Source of the DNA: Eledone cirrhosa
Lineage: Eukaryota
Direction of reading: 5' to 3'
Assembly (NCBI GenBank): GCA_964016885.1
Contig: OZ024743.1
Coordinates: forward strand, 191,642,001 to 191,706,000
DNA: 64,000 bases
Part shown: positions 1 through 14,656 of the stretch, piece by piece
Numbering within the stretch: position 1 is the stretch's first letter
Layout of the letters: each line of letters starts with the position of its first letter
Program-made: the position numbers and the translations under genes
The notes under the pieces: generated by a model
The model's input: the letters and a program-made list of their open reading frames with translations, nothing else
What the model was told of the DNA's origin: nothing
Databases searched by the model: none

Positions 1-245
1 TATATAAATAAATATATATATATATATATATATTGTTATACTTGGGGAGGGTAATATTTGCGTAATATTGCCAGAATTAATAACAGAACACACTCACTGT
101 TTGGTTGGTTTTCGCTTCTCGATGTCTTTTATATCTGCTATCTAACTTACTCGGTCCTCAATGTTGCCATTGACTGACCGACGGTCAAAAATAATACAGA
201 TACAATATAGACACAAACATATATATATATAGTTTACATAATTTA

Positions 246-283
246 CATAAATCTTTCGTTGCACATCTGCAACATCGTCAGTG
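246..283 (-). ncRNA. Minimal type I hammerhead-like motif, family A pLTR
   Basis: CUGACGA U GUUGCA-GAUG-UGCAAC GAAA GAUU UA; stem I weak (2 bp). Confidence 0.65.
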
Positions 284-562
284 GTGTTATATTCTTTGTT
301 CCTCCTGTTGTGTTGTATGTCTACGCCATTTTTTATTTAGTCTGTCTATATATTTATTTATTTATTTGCTTGTTTGTTCACCTTATTTTATTATGTCTTC
401 TTTGCGCATGCGTTTGCGTGTGTGTATAGTGTTATGTGTGCTGTGTGACTAGTGTGTATAGTGTTGTGTCTGCTGGGTGACTAGTGTGTGTTTATGTGCT
501 TGTTGTTATTGTGCTTGTGTATGTATTTATTTATCTTATTTTATTTTATTTTATTTACTTAT

Positions 563-1792
563 TTATACTTCTCTTAGGTCAGTGTTGTTTGTTTGGGCGT
601 TGTTGTTGTTCCACTCATTCTTTCTGTTTAGCTTTGGTCTTCTAATTTCTATTTCACTGGCCTCTCTGATTTGCCTATCTGCTGGGTCATTCCTATGTTT
701 AGATATTATTCTAATTTCTATGTTGTCTATGTTACCGTCATGTTGTTGTCTAGCATGTTCGTATAGTACTGACCCGTTTTTTCGTCCTTTTAGTTCCCCC
801 CAGTGTTGGTCTATCCTTTCACCTATGCTACGAGCTGTCTCACCTATGTATGTTGTTGTCATGTTTCTGCAAGTACTCTCTGTACATCTTATGCTATAGA
901 CTACGTTTCTAGTTTTACAGTTTATCCGGGGGTTCAGCTTACATATGATACATTTCCTATTGGTACAGTGGGTTTTCTTAAAAGGGTAGGTTTTGCTGAT
1001 CAGGGATTTTATGGTGGTTCCTGGCTTTTCTACCACCTTTATTTTTAAGTGGGTCTTTCTCAGGGCCTTTCTACACTGGTTAGCTAATTTCCCTCCAGGG
1101 GTGGCATCCACAAACATGACACTCTGATATCTCTGGTTGTCGTACCATGATGTGGCTTTCCCTATCTTATGTCTAGCCCTATCTAAGCTAATCCATGATT
1201 TGCTCCTGTATAGTGGGCAAATTCCTTTCATGTCCAGTTCTATGAGGGTCTTATACTTTTCCATGGCTCCTTCGTATACTCTGACTCTGTCTCTTTGGTT
1301 GTAGCCAGAGAACTGCATGCGGTTGATGAAGTGTTGGATGTGTCCTTCCATTTCTGTTAGGTCGCACATTCTGGACACATTCTTCATCACTCGTACCAAA
1401 TCTGCGATCAGAATATTAAACTTAGCACTACATGACATTGCTGAGTTTTTGAGTATCAGGTATTTGGAGGCCATGGGTTTAGCATAGTGTGAGTGGAGAA
1501 TTTGGGCTCTCTCGTCTATAGTGTTAATCCAGAGTTCTGTGTCTAATACAGATAGTCTATTGTTAGGGTGTTTGGAAGGGAAGTCGAAAGTTACAGTTAT
1601 ACTCTGGTGTATGGAATTAGCTATCTGCTGGATGCTTTCCATCGTGCTACGTTCTAAATCAAACTTGTTAGTGCTCTCTAGTGGGGGTGTTCTTATAAAT
1701 ATATTGATATCGTCTACATAACGAGAGTACATGATGAGGTCTATGGAGCTTTCATTAAGGAGATCTTTAAGTCTCCTTTCCCACCATACCAT
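563..1792 (-). CDS. 5'-truncated PLE reverse transcriptase + GIY-YIG endonuclease (frame continues to ~1902)
   Basis: YSRYVDD, CxxC, VVYSIRC...YIGETARSIGERIDQH, REASEI..RPKLN. Confidence 0.9.
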   Translation of the reverse strand: MVWWERRLKDLLNESSIDLIMYSRYVDDINIFIRTPPLESTNKFDLERSTMESIQQIANSIHQSITVTFDFPSKHPNNRLSVLDTELWINTIDERAQILHSHYAKPMASKYLILKNSAMSCSAKFNILIADLVRVMKNVSRMCDLTEMEGHIQHFINRMQFSGYNQRDRVRVYEGAMEKYKTLIELDMKGICPLYRSKSWISLDRARHKIGKATSWYDNQRYQSVMFVDATPGGKLANQCRKALRKTHLKIKVVEKPGTTIKSLISKTYPFKKTHCTNRKCIICKLNPRINCKTRNVVYSIRCTESTCRNMTTTYIGETARSIGERIDQHWGELKGRKNGSVLYEHARQQHDGNIDNIEIRIISKHRNDPADRQIREASEIEIRRPKLNRKNEWNNNNAQTNNTDLREV

Positions 1793-1964
1793 GAAAAGGT
1801 TGGCAACATCACCAGCAATGCTGACGCCGATGGCTACTCCCTCATTTTGGGTGTAGATTTTCTCATTGAACTTAAATATGTGGTCCTTTAGGGTAGTTTT
1901 GATATAAAATAATAAAAAATGGCGTAGACATACAACACAACAGGAGGAACAAAGAATATAACAC

Positions 1965-2002
1965 CACTGACGATGTTGCAGATGTGCAACGAAAGATTTA
2001 TG
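1965..2002 (+). ncRNA. Minimal type I hammerhead-like motif, family A inverted pLTR
   Basis: Same motif as 246-283 on plus. Confidence 0.65.
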
Positions 2003-2290
2003 TAAATTATGTAAACTATATATATCTGTGTTTGTGTCTATATTGTATCTGTATTATTTTTGACCGTCGGTCAGTCAATGGCAACATTGAGGACCGAGTA
2101 AGTTAGATTGCAGATATAAAAGACAGCGAGAAGCGAAAACCAACCAAACAGTGAGTGTGTTCTGTTATTAATTCTGGCAATATTACGCAAATATTACCCT
2201 CCCCAAGTATAACAATATCTGTTTCGACACACGATTTCATATAAAAAACCTCGCTAAACTAATTCATCGCCGCTATATATATATAAATAA

Positions 2291-2328
<38 letters not shown>

Positions 2329-2391
2329 ATAAATATATATATATACATATATATATATATATGTATATTTATATATATAGATAAATATATG

Positions 2392-2514
<123 letters not shown>

Positions 2515-2528
2515 ATATAAATATAAAT

Positions 2529-2972
2529 AGCTTAGAGTTTAGACTCAATGGGGTCATTTACAATCATTTCAGCTCTAGGAATCGCTTCTGAGCAGTAAAA
2601 ATTAATATTTGATGAACATTTACATGTTTCAGTTGCAATTGACTAATAAAATCGCTAGAGTGAAAATATCTTAATTCAACAACATAAAGTCTGCCTGTAC
2701 GATCTAAAAAATAATAAATCAATACTCACAGACTCATATGGGCAAAAAGCCTTGGTACCTAGACACGTTTAAAATTCAAAATACAAACTTTTTCCACAGA
2801 TCGGTCAGAACTTCAAACTTCAAACATGTTTCACAAAGGATGGTATAATAGTAAAATAATTAACTAATTAGCAGTGAGTTAATCAACTTTTTCTGTGTTT
2901 AAGATTTTTCACTCTAGCGATCTTATTAGTCAATTGCAACTAAAACATGTAAATGTTCATCAAATATTAATT

Positions 2973-2973
<1 letters not shown>
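2529..2973. repeat. Non-coding element with ~75-bp inverted arms (~2598-2675 / ~2899-2973)
   Basis: aaattaatatttgatgaacatttacatg... recurs as reverse complement; flanked by TA tracts. Confidence 0.75.
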
Positions 2974-3020
<47 letters not shown>

Positions 3021-3166
3021 TATATATTTATATATATATATATATTTATATAAGTTGAAATAAAATGAAAACGAAATTTCATTTCTCACTCTTAGTATGG
3101 CACTTACTTAAATGTAAGTATGTATGTATACGTACATACATATATGTATACAGACGTACAGTAGCA

Positions 3167-3246
<80 letters not shown>

Positions 3247-3399
3247 TACAGGTACACATACATATATGCACGCATCAGTTTAGCGGACGCTTATTATAAC
3301 GCCGCTTTGTTCGTTTGTAAACAAACTGAACAGCCTGAATTTATGCCATACGGTGTTAAGGCAACCACGTCACCTTTTTGTTCAACACTGACACAGGAA

Positions 3400-3440
3400 C
3401 GATGTACTAGTTTCAAGCTTGTTAGCTATCTTCAGCACCG
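3400..3440 (-). ncRNA. Minimal type I hammerhead ribozyme
   Basis: CGGUG CUGAAGA U AGCU-AACA-AGCU U GAAA CUAG UA CAUCG. Confidence 0.85.
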
Positions 3441-3677
3441 TATACCCATCTGCCAGATAGTTGAACGTTCGAAAGTATATACTTTCTTTATGAAAATTAA
3501 CGGCTGAGCAGCCTAATTTGCATATTGAGTGAGTTAAATCGGTCAGGCATACCGAAAACGATAAGTTGAAATAAAATGAAAACGAAATTTCATTTCTCAC
3601 TCTTAGTATGGCACTTACTTAAATGTAAGTATGTATGTATACGTACATACATATATGTATACAGACGTACAGTAGCA

Positions 3678-3751
<74 letters not shown>

Positions 3752-3918
3752 TATACACATATACATACAGGTACACATACATATATGCACGCATCAGTTT
3801 AGCGGACGCTTATTATAACGCCGCTTTGTTCGTTTGTAAACAAACTGAACAGCCTGAATTTATGCCATACGGTGTTAAGGCAACCACGTCACCTTTTTGT
3901 TCAACACTGACACAGGAA

Positions 3919-3959
3919 CGATGTACTAGTTTCAAGCTTGTTAGCTATCTTCAGCATCG
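3919..3959 (-). ncRNA. Minimal type I hammerhead ribozyme (second monomer)
   Basis: CGAUG CUGAAGA...GAAA CUAG UA CAUCG; stem I fully Watson-Crick. Confidence 0.87.
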
Positions 3960-4196
3960 TATACCCATCTGCCAGATAGTTGAACGTTCGAAAGTATATA
4001 CTTTCCTTATGAAAATTAACGGCTGAGCAGCCTAATTTGCATATTGAGTGAGTTAAATCGGTCAGACATACCGAAAACGATAAGTTGAAATAAAATGAAA
4101 ACGAAATTTCATTTCTCACTCTTAGTATGGCACTTACTTAAATGTAAGTATGTATGTATACGTACATACATATATGTATACAGACGTACAGTAGCA

Positions 4197-4358
<162 letters not shown>

Positions 4359-4510
4359 TATACACATATACATACAGGTACACATACATATATGCACGCA
4401 TCAGTTTAGCGGACGCTTATTATAACGCCGCTTTGTTCGTTTGTAAACAAACTGAACAGCCTGAATTTATGCCATACGGTGTTAAGGCAACCACGTATAT
4501 ATATTTATAT

Positions 4511-5612
4511 AGGAACCAGTAGTACCCCCACCCCCTCCCCTAGTCTATGATAGATTTGGCGGACTCCGCTTTTTATAGCAGTTGTGTTAGACCTCGGATA
4601 CTTGTCCCCTTTTTCCGACCGTTCCCACTATTTTCCGTGCCTTCTATATTTCTTAGTTTCACTTATGCCTTATTTTCTCGTTTCAGTACTTCTTTCTTCT
4701 CTTTTCTTTTGGGCCGGATGGATTCCGAATTTATTTTTCCGTATTCTTCCTTTACTTCCTACGAACTTTCATGTAACTTGTATAAGATCATTTAGAGTTA
4801 GCATTAGTATATATTTTTTTCGGGACTCAGAATTATTATCTCGTACTAGTTTACTTTGCTGCACTGGGTGGTTGCTGGCATTGTGCCCGGCATAGAAACC
4901 TTTATTATTTATTTCGTGGTAGTTTCTTTAGTATTTTGGCCGCATTTGTTGACCCGTCACCGTATGATTTACGTAGTTATACCTCTTAAAAGGGTCCTTG
5001 CCTATTCCGTCCCACCTAGTTTATTTACTTATTTCGTTATTTCTTTATTTCTTTCTTTATTTCTTTCTTTCTTTATTTATTTATTTATCTAGCCTAACAA
5101 TGGCTAGAGACTTAGGTCGTAGAACTTGCTTTACTTTTTTCTTTACACTTATTCGCTTTTCATCACTCTCAGTATTTTTTCTTTCATATATATATTTTTA
5201 CCCCCCATTGTTCTACCTACCGTTCCGACTTCCTCCCCCTCCCCCTCCCCAGTATCTTCTTTGACCTCATGCCCAGCTGTAGCTGGCACTACCAACGCAT
5301 GGTTGGGTCTACTCCACCCCCTCCCCTTTTTCTCCTACTGGCAGGTTTAGCCACCATCTCCCCTACTAATTTGCAATCACAGAATTACTACTGACTTTTG
5401 ACAATCACTTTGACCATATATGGAATTACCCCTTGAGAAGTTCGGCTATTTAAATACCAGGATAAATTTTCATTTAGTCCAGAATTAGCCGTCGAAACGG
5501 CTTGAGCTCAGCCGTCGGGGTCTTACTGGTTCCTATTACCCACTCTACTACCCTAAGTATTGAGTACTTTGGTACGTTATGGTCCACCTGGTTCCTTACC
5601 ACATTTCCTTCG
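4511..5612 (+). mobile_element. Non-coding PLE 3' fragment/pLTR (family K) with a short inverted 5' stub
   Basis: HHR at 5428-5521; aggaaccagtagtacccc (4511) is inverted relative to ggggtcttactggttcct (5517); TA flanks. Confidence 0.7.
5428..5521 (+). ncRNA. Type I hammerhead ribozyme with U3-A8 core variant
   Basis: ACCCC UUGAGAA G..CGGCUA...UAGCCG..C GAAA CGGCU-UGAGCUC-AGCCG UC GGGGU. Confidence 0.8.
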
Positions 5613-5622
5613 TTATATATTT

Positions 5623-5751
<129 letters not shown>

Positions 5752-5830
5752 TATATATATATATATATTAATCTCCTATATTTAATATATATATATATAT
5801 TTATATATATATATATTTATATATATCTAT

Positions 5831-5928
<98 letters not shown>

Positions 5929-6539
5929 ATATTAATCTCCTAGATTTAATAATTAACCAATTAATTTAATTGGAAAATTCTGTTGATTGGTTTATTATTT
6001 GTGTTAGTTTTATAACATCTAGTCGAGAGCTTATCATGATGATTAGCGGAAATTTAAATATTTCCATTTGCTACAATTTGAATGACCCGCCAAAAACCAG
6101 GAGTTATTTCCCTTGCCGGAATTAACACGTGATAAATATAGATACGATTAGCAGCCGTGAGAGCAGCAACATATTTTATCACTCCTGATCCTAACCAGAA
6201 CGAAAACCTGCTGATAAACTGATCCCTCTGTTCAGTCACCAATACCATGAACTTGCCACTAAAGTAAGTCTGATATTTGATTTCGGAGTCAGAGAAACAT
6301 TTCAAACGCTCGTCTGATTTGTCCAGGTCTATTTTTCTCAACCTGATTAGTTTCTTCGTTACTTTGGTATGTATTGTGTGTTAGTTTAGCCTACCACAAT
6401 GTCCGATTTGTCAAGCTATTTAAACGTATGTTATAACTCTGAGACCTATCTTATCGAGTGCTTCGCTAACCCATCACTTCATATAAGTAGGCCGAATTAC
6501 TTGCAAACCGCCAGAGATTCGATTTTACTGATTCACAAT

Positions 6540-6570
<31 letters not shown>

Positions 6571-6594
6571 TTATATATTTATATATATATAAAT

Positions 6595-6640
<46 letters not shown>

Positions 6641-6656
6641 TTATATATATATAAAT

Positions 6657-8067
<1,411 letters not shown>

Positions 8068-8273
8068 TATATATTTATTTATATATTATATTATATATAT
8101 ATTATATATATATATATTATATATATATATATATTATATATTTATATATATATATATATTATATATACATATATATATTATATATATATATATATTATAT
8201 ATTTATATATATATATATATTATATATACATATATATATTATATATATATATATTATATATACATTATATATT

Positions 8274-8309
<36 letters not shown>

Positions 8310-8401
8310 ATATTATATATATATATTATATATATATATATATATTATATATTTATATATATATATATATATTATATATTTATATATATATATATATTAC
8401 A

Positions 8402-8490
<89 letters not shown>

Positions 8491-8539
8491 CTTCCATAAA
8501 CTGTACCGATTGTGTTGTTATTTCTGTTTACCTTTTACG

Positions 8540-8599
<60 letters not shown>

Positions 8600-8600
8600 C

Positions 8601-8684
<84 letters not shown>

Positions 8685-8705
8685 TTATACACACACATGT
8701 ATATA

Positions 8706-9076
8706 ATTAGGGAGACACAAAGCAGGCTTTGTTTTAGAAACGGGTAGCGAATAAGAAAATTAGGTAGCTTACGCCGTATTTGACTAAATAGAATTAGTCT
8801 GTCAGTTGGGATTTTAAAAAAAGCACCCTGAAAGGAAAAGAAGAATGAGTATTGACGTACGTGGGACACGAACCCACATCTTTCATTTGCATAGCTTCTA
8901 ATTGAATGGAAGGGTGCATAGGTGGCATGATGGTGTGATGGTAACTCATTGATCCAGCAAAGATGTACATCAATACTCATACTTTTTTTCCATTGAGGCT
9001 TTTTTTTAAATCCCAACTAACAGACTAATTCTATTTAGTCAAATACGGCATAAGCACATGGTATTACCTAATTTAT
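8706..9076. repeat. Non-coding element with ~70-bp inverted arms (~8756-8824 / ~8999-9076)
   Basis: gccgtatttgactaaatagaattagtctg and its reverse complement; microsatellite flanks. Confidence 0.75.
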
Positions 9077-9081
9077 ATATT

Positions 9082-9156
<75 letters not shown>

Positions 9157-10656
9157 ATACATTTATATCGTGTTGTATATGGCTGTACAACATGCTTGTA
9201 TCTCTAGATTGTACATAGATACATAAAGCGAAAGACAAAAGTGGTAAATAAGACGTTAAGATAACAGAACAAACAAAAGAAAACTGAAAGAATGAAGTAT
9301 TCCTCTTTTGACACTGTTTAGTTTCAATTTTACAAGTCTCTCTTTTGTTCGGACTGTAAAATTTCTCTCTCGTAATCATTTACCTTTAATCCCTGAATGG
9401 CGAACATTGTCAAACCGAACCCTTGTTTTCTCTGACTGTATTCAATTTTTGTTTTGTTGATCAATAACAGGTTTTTGCATCCACAAGTTTTTGTGGCACT
9501 CATTCTGTTCTTGAAGTATATTTAGTTTTCTATTTGAGCATTTATTTTTTGTGATAAAGCATTGTATATTGAATATGGAGCTATAGGTTTCGTTGTTTGG
9601 TGTGTATTAAGGCATGTGATTAAAACATTTTTCTCAGTGAAACACTAAAGAGTTGTGTTTCGTTCAGTATTAGTTTTTCTTTTGTTTTTACCTAGTTGTT
9701 GGTAAAATTGATTTTTTGCAGACAAACTGTTTTGTTTAAGAACCTTTGAAGTTTTCTCTGCAACGGATTCTTAGTAATGTAACGAAACTCTCTTGTCTTG
9801 GGCGGTCTTTGATATCGGATATTTCTGTTTTTGTTATTCCACGAGTCAGTAAGTTTGTAGTTGTATTTTTCTTGTATATGTTTACGTTGTCAATTTCAGC
9901 AAAGATGGAAAGATATTCTTTTCTAACTTTACATATTGACTTCTCACGTTGTTTGCTTCGTTTTAGATGTTTCTATATTTGAGATGACACCAACCCTCCA
10001 TTATGACTTCTATGGCTGCTGCATAAATTTGTGGATTAATTCTTATGATATTGATGTTTGCATACGTTTCTAGTATGTCTATAAAGACCAGTTTGTGTGT
10101 GGTGTTATTTCTACTTCTATCTTATTTTCAAGATTTATCTGGTCTGTAGGAAGATCTATAGCTTTAAAATGAAATGTTTACACACTTAAAATATCGTCAT
10201 CTTCAACATTTTCAACATTAGAATTCACTATCCTTAGATCTTTCCCATATTAATGATTGTTGATATACAGTATAGAATTGGTTTAGTTTGTTATAAGTTT
10301 TCCTTTCTGGTTTGATATTTTGTTTCACTGGTTTGCTCAAATTCGACTTTATCTTGTTTTGCGTTTTCGATGTTCAAAGTTTAAATCAGCTAGTAGCGTG
10401 TTTCTAATCGTTGTTTGTACCATGTTTACACACACACGTGTACACATAGGTGTACACATATGACATACACACACATGCACACAGAGACACACACATATAC
10501 ACATACGCATACAGACACACACACACACATATATATATATACATGTATGTGTTCGTACGAAACGTCAACGAGGAAAACAGCACATGAGTATTATACTATA
10601 CAATGATATATATATATATATATATTAGTTTAACTCTTGATACAGTAGTAAAAGAG

Positions 10657-10691
10657 CTTTAACGCTTCGGACGTTAGTCCTTCATCGGAAG
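10657..10691 (-). ncRNA. Degenerate hammerhead in a ~110-bp solo fragment
   Basis: CUU CCGAUGA A GGAC-UAAC-GUCC GAAG CGU UA AAG; two core substitutions. Confidence 0.5.
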
Positions 10692-10785
10692 ATAAACTAA
10701 GAAATAAGTCGATAGTACAAAAAATGAAGAAATATATATATATACATACATATGTATATAATATATATATACATACATACATAAA

Positions 10786-10823
<38 letters not shown>

Positions 10824-10915
10824 CATACATAAATATATATATATATTAATATATATATATATATATATAAATATATATATATATAAATATATATATATAT
10901 AAATATATATATATA

Positions 10916-11043
<128 letters not shown>

Positions 11044-11196
11044 TAAAAGATAAAAATACTTGAGTGCGTTAGAGTTAAACACACTCGTCGTATTAGAGAA
11101 ATGACAGTATAAGATATAGCTCAATGCTATCAAACAGAGCCGAAAAAATCATATAAAAATTAACAAAGAAGCCTTAATACATTTAAAATTCTTTAA

Positions 11197-11241
11197 TTGC
11201 TGACAATGTTTCGTCTCATTAATTAGGACTCATCAGAGCAA
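11197..11241 (-). ncRNA. Type I hammerhead ribozyme
   Basis: UUGCU CUGAUGA GUC...GAC GAAA CAUUG UC AGCAA; canonical core. Confidence 0.9.
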
Positions 11242-13867
11242 GGAAAAAGACTAGGAATATACTAGAAATATCATCGGCTAGAACAAGCCAAAATTCAGAA
11301 GAATAGTGAATGGATAAGTAACATTCAGGAAAATTAACATAGAAAGACATGTTAAACCTAATGGGGTGCATTTGTAGATAAAGACTATAGGGCAAGAGAG
11401 CAAGCAAACATTAAACAAACCCACGTTAAAAGTACAATATAAGTCTAATATTTGAAATACAACATAGTAATATAGTGCGAGAAATAAGATACAAGAATTA
11501 TAATATAATATATAATACAATACAATACATAATACAGAAATAAAAACTTTATATATATATATATCTACACGCACTCCGACACATATATATACACACGCAT
11601 ATACACATTTACACATACGTATATTAACACAAATATATAAATATAAGCATTATAATAGAATAATCACCCAGACGGTGTGATTAAACAATACTAAAATCAA
11701 TGAAAATAATATATTGACATTAAAAAAATATATATATATAAATACATCCTACGTACCATACACATTCAACAAAACGTGTATAAAAACATAATGTATTCCA
11801 CAGGGTAAAAAAATAATAATAATACCATACAATACAATAAAATATGGTGAAAAAAAATATATATATATAAAGACAATAAATATACGGAGATATAGGCAAT
11901 TCAAAAACATATAATATTACATATCAATATTTCAATAACAGACACATACATATAATTCAAATACATATAATATTACATATTAATATTTCAATACCAGACA
12001 CACAATAGCAAGGGAGAAAGTTTTAAAAACATATTTACACAATATATTCATGGACATAAGTGACAGAAGATAGGAACGACAGACAGAAGCAAAGCAATGA
12101 TAGCAAAACAAAACGAAAACAAAAAACAAACACAAACACAAAATCGCGTAGGCGCAACAGACTGTTAGGTGAAAATAAAAGATACAACTATTCAAAATCA
12201 AAATATTGAATTAGAACCCTTATTAATTTAATTAATCGTATAATAGGTGAATAAACATTATGGGGCACTCCATATGGAACAAAATTTAAGTCACCAATGC
12301 CGATAGAGATTAAGATATTTCAATAAATAAGCTAATACAATCATCGAAGATATATTGATTTCCGTTGCGACGACTGACGTTATCCAAAGTAAAAATTACA
12401 ATTAAAACTATGGTAGACAAAGGGGAACAGAAGAAGTAAAACTATGGAGGACAAGAAGGAACATAAAAGTATAATATATATATATATTCAATAAGGCGAA
12501 GATTAAGTGTAGAAAGAATAAGGTTCATTAACCGTACATGTAGAAGACTAAAATTAAACTATTAGCTATTCAAGGAGGCAATAAGTTACACTCCAACCAA
12601 GGATGAATATAAAGATGGAAATATATAAGTCGACAAAGGATGAGTAAAAATATAATAATGGACAAGGTGTTAAATAGGCTAAAACAGCTAAAAGAACTAG
12701 AAAACTAAAATCAATAAACCGTAGAAAACTAATAATAATAACAATAAGAATAAAAATAAAAATAAAAATAAAAATAAAAAATATAAAATATAAAAGATAT
12801 CTAGATAAGACGTCCAAACCATTGTACTTTTAACGTGGGTTTGTTTAATGTTTGCTTGCTCTCTTGCCCTATAGTCTTTATCTACAAATGTACCCCATTA
12901 GTTTAATAAGGTTTTTAATTCAATTCTTTGATTTAGAATAGTAATATTTTCTATATTTACCTAATGACTTGTAACGCCCACGTGTCTGTGCGTGTCTTTG
13001 TTTTTGTTCTTCGTTTTTATTTTATTTATTTTTTTACTACCACATGCTGTCTGTTTTCCTATCATCTGTTATTATATCCTGGTATGTCTATTTATATTCA
13101 TCGCATAAATATGTCAAGCATTTTCCATTGATTCTGTGTGTCTGTTATTGTAATATTAACATTAATATGTCATATTATTTTTTTGTAATTGAATTATAAA
13201 TATATGTCCGATATTGGGGTACTTTTGAATTTGAACTGCCGATGCCTCTGTATATTATATATATTTATATATATTTTTTCACCATACTTTTATTTGATAT
13301 TTTTTCTTATCTTACCATGTGAAAAACTTTATATACAATTTGTTGACCTTAAATGATACGTATGATGTAGTTTTATATACTTTTTAAAGTCAGTATATTA
13401 TTCCATTGTTTTTAGTATTGTTTATGCACACCGCCAGGGTGGTTATTCTATTATAACGATTATTATTATATTATAAAGAATATATTTATATTTAAATATT
13501 TAAATAAAATGTTAGTATGTGTTTGTGTAAATGTGTATATATATGGATATATATATATATATATATACATATATTAAGCTTTTTATTTCTTATTATCCAA
13601 TATATTGTATTCTATATCATATTATAATTCTTATAATTCTCAGATTGTATTACCATGTTGTGTTGCATGTATTTGTCTTATACTGTACTTTCAACGTGGG
13701 TTTGACATATTACTCGCTCTCTAACAATATAGTCTATATTTGCAAATGCACACTTTTAGCTTTAGCATATCTTTCTATGTTGTCTTTCCTAAGTTTTCAT
13801 GGATATAAATTCCCTGTTCTTCTGAGCTTTGGCTTGTTATCGCCGTTAATGATTCTTGTCTCTTTAC

Positions 13868-13910
13868 TTGCTCGGATGATTCCTTATTAAAGGGACGAAA
13901 CACTGTCAGC
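13868..13910 (+). ncRNA. Degenerate family C hammerhead
   Basis: UUGCU CGGAUGA UUCCUU..AGGGAC GAAA CACUG UC AGC. Confidence 0.6.
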
Positions 13911-13965
13911 TAATAAAGACTTTTGATGTATTGAAGGGAAGGCTTCTTTGTTTATTTTTTATAAT

Positions 13966-14000
<35 letters not shown>

Positions 14001-14002
<2 letters not shown>

Positions 14003-14220
14003 GAACGATCGACTTTCGTCAAATCGGACCGAGGGAACAATGTTTCCGTTGGTCTTTCCAATTGCTAATACTATCTATCGGTCGCAACTCCAGGTAGAAG
14101 GAGCAACGTGAAATAAAGTGTCTTGCTCAAGGATATAACGCATCGCCTGGTCCAGGAATCGAACTCACAACCTTACGATTGTGAATCCAATTCTCTAACC
14201 ACTCAGACACACGCCTTCAC
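14001..14220 (-). mobile_element. tRNA-derived SINE
   Basis: A-box-like tgtctgagtgg, B-box gttcgattcc, then core-like ccttgagcaagacactt. Confidence 0.8.
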
Positions 14221-14529
14221 TATATATATATAATATATATATATATAATATATATATATATAATATATATATAAAATATATATATATATATAATATATAT
14301 ATAATATATATATATATATAATATATATATATATATAATATATATATATATAAAATATATATATATAATATATATATATATATATAATATATATATATAA
14401 TATATATATATATAATATATATATATATAATATATATATATATATAATATACATATATATATATATATATAATATATATATATAATATATATATAATATA
14501 TATATAATATATATATAATATATATATAT

Positions 14530-14564
<35 letters not shown>

Positions 14565-14592
14565 ATATATATATAATATATATATATAATAT

Positions 14593-14656
14593 AAGGGCGG
14601 TGCCCCAGCATGGCCTCAGCCGGATGGCTGAAACAGGTAAAAGAGTAAAAGAGTAA
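14593..14656 (+). mobile_element. Isolated LINE/SINE 3' tail ending in (AAAAGAGT)n
   Basis: Near-identical to reverse complement of 38738-38800, the LINE 3' end. Confidence 0.85.

Larger units (their letters stand above)
33..2273. mobile_element. Penelope-like element family A, copy 1: 5'-truncated minus arm (33-1902) plus inverted pLTR arm (~1911-2273)
   Basis: RT+GIY-YIG ORF on minus; ~1911-2217 is the reverse complement of ~33-337; both ends abut (TA)n; homologous to 58972-61043. Confidence 0.93.
11046..13965. mobile_element. Non-coding PLE family C, tail-out inverted (minus ~11046-12820, plus ~12821-13965)
   Basis: 12821-12900 is reverse complement of ~11360-11440; HHR in each arm; related to 28411-28938. 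Confidence 0.75.

Noticed and set aside
5932-6540. ORF 6054-6341 and an AUGAUGA..GAAA UUUAAA UA motif
   Set aside because: No recognisable domain; stems I and II do not form
14095-14220. tRNA gene
   Set aside because: A/B boxes run into a SINE core with no acceptor stem; the same applies to 36652-36841
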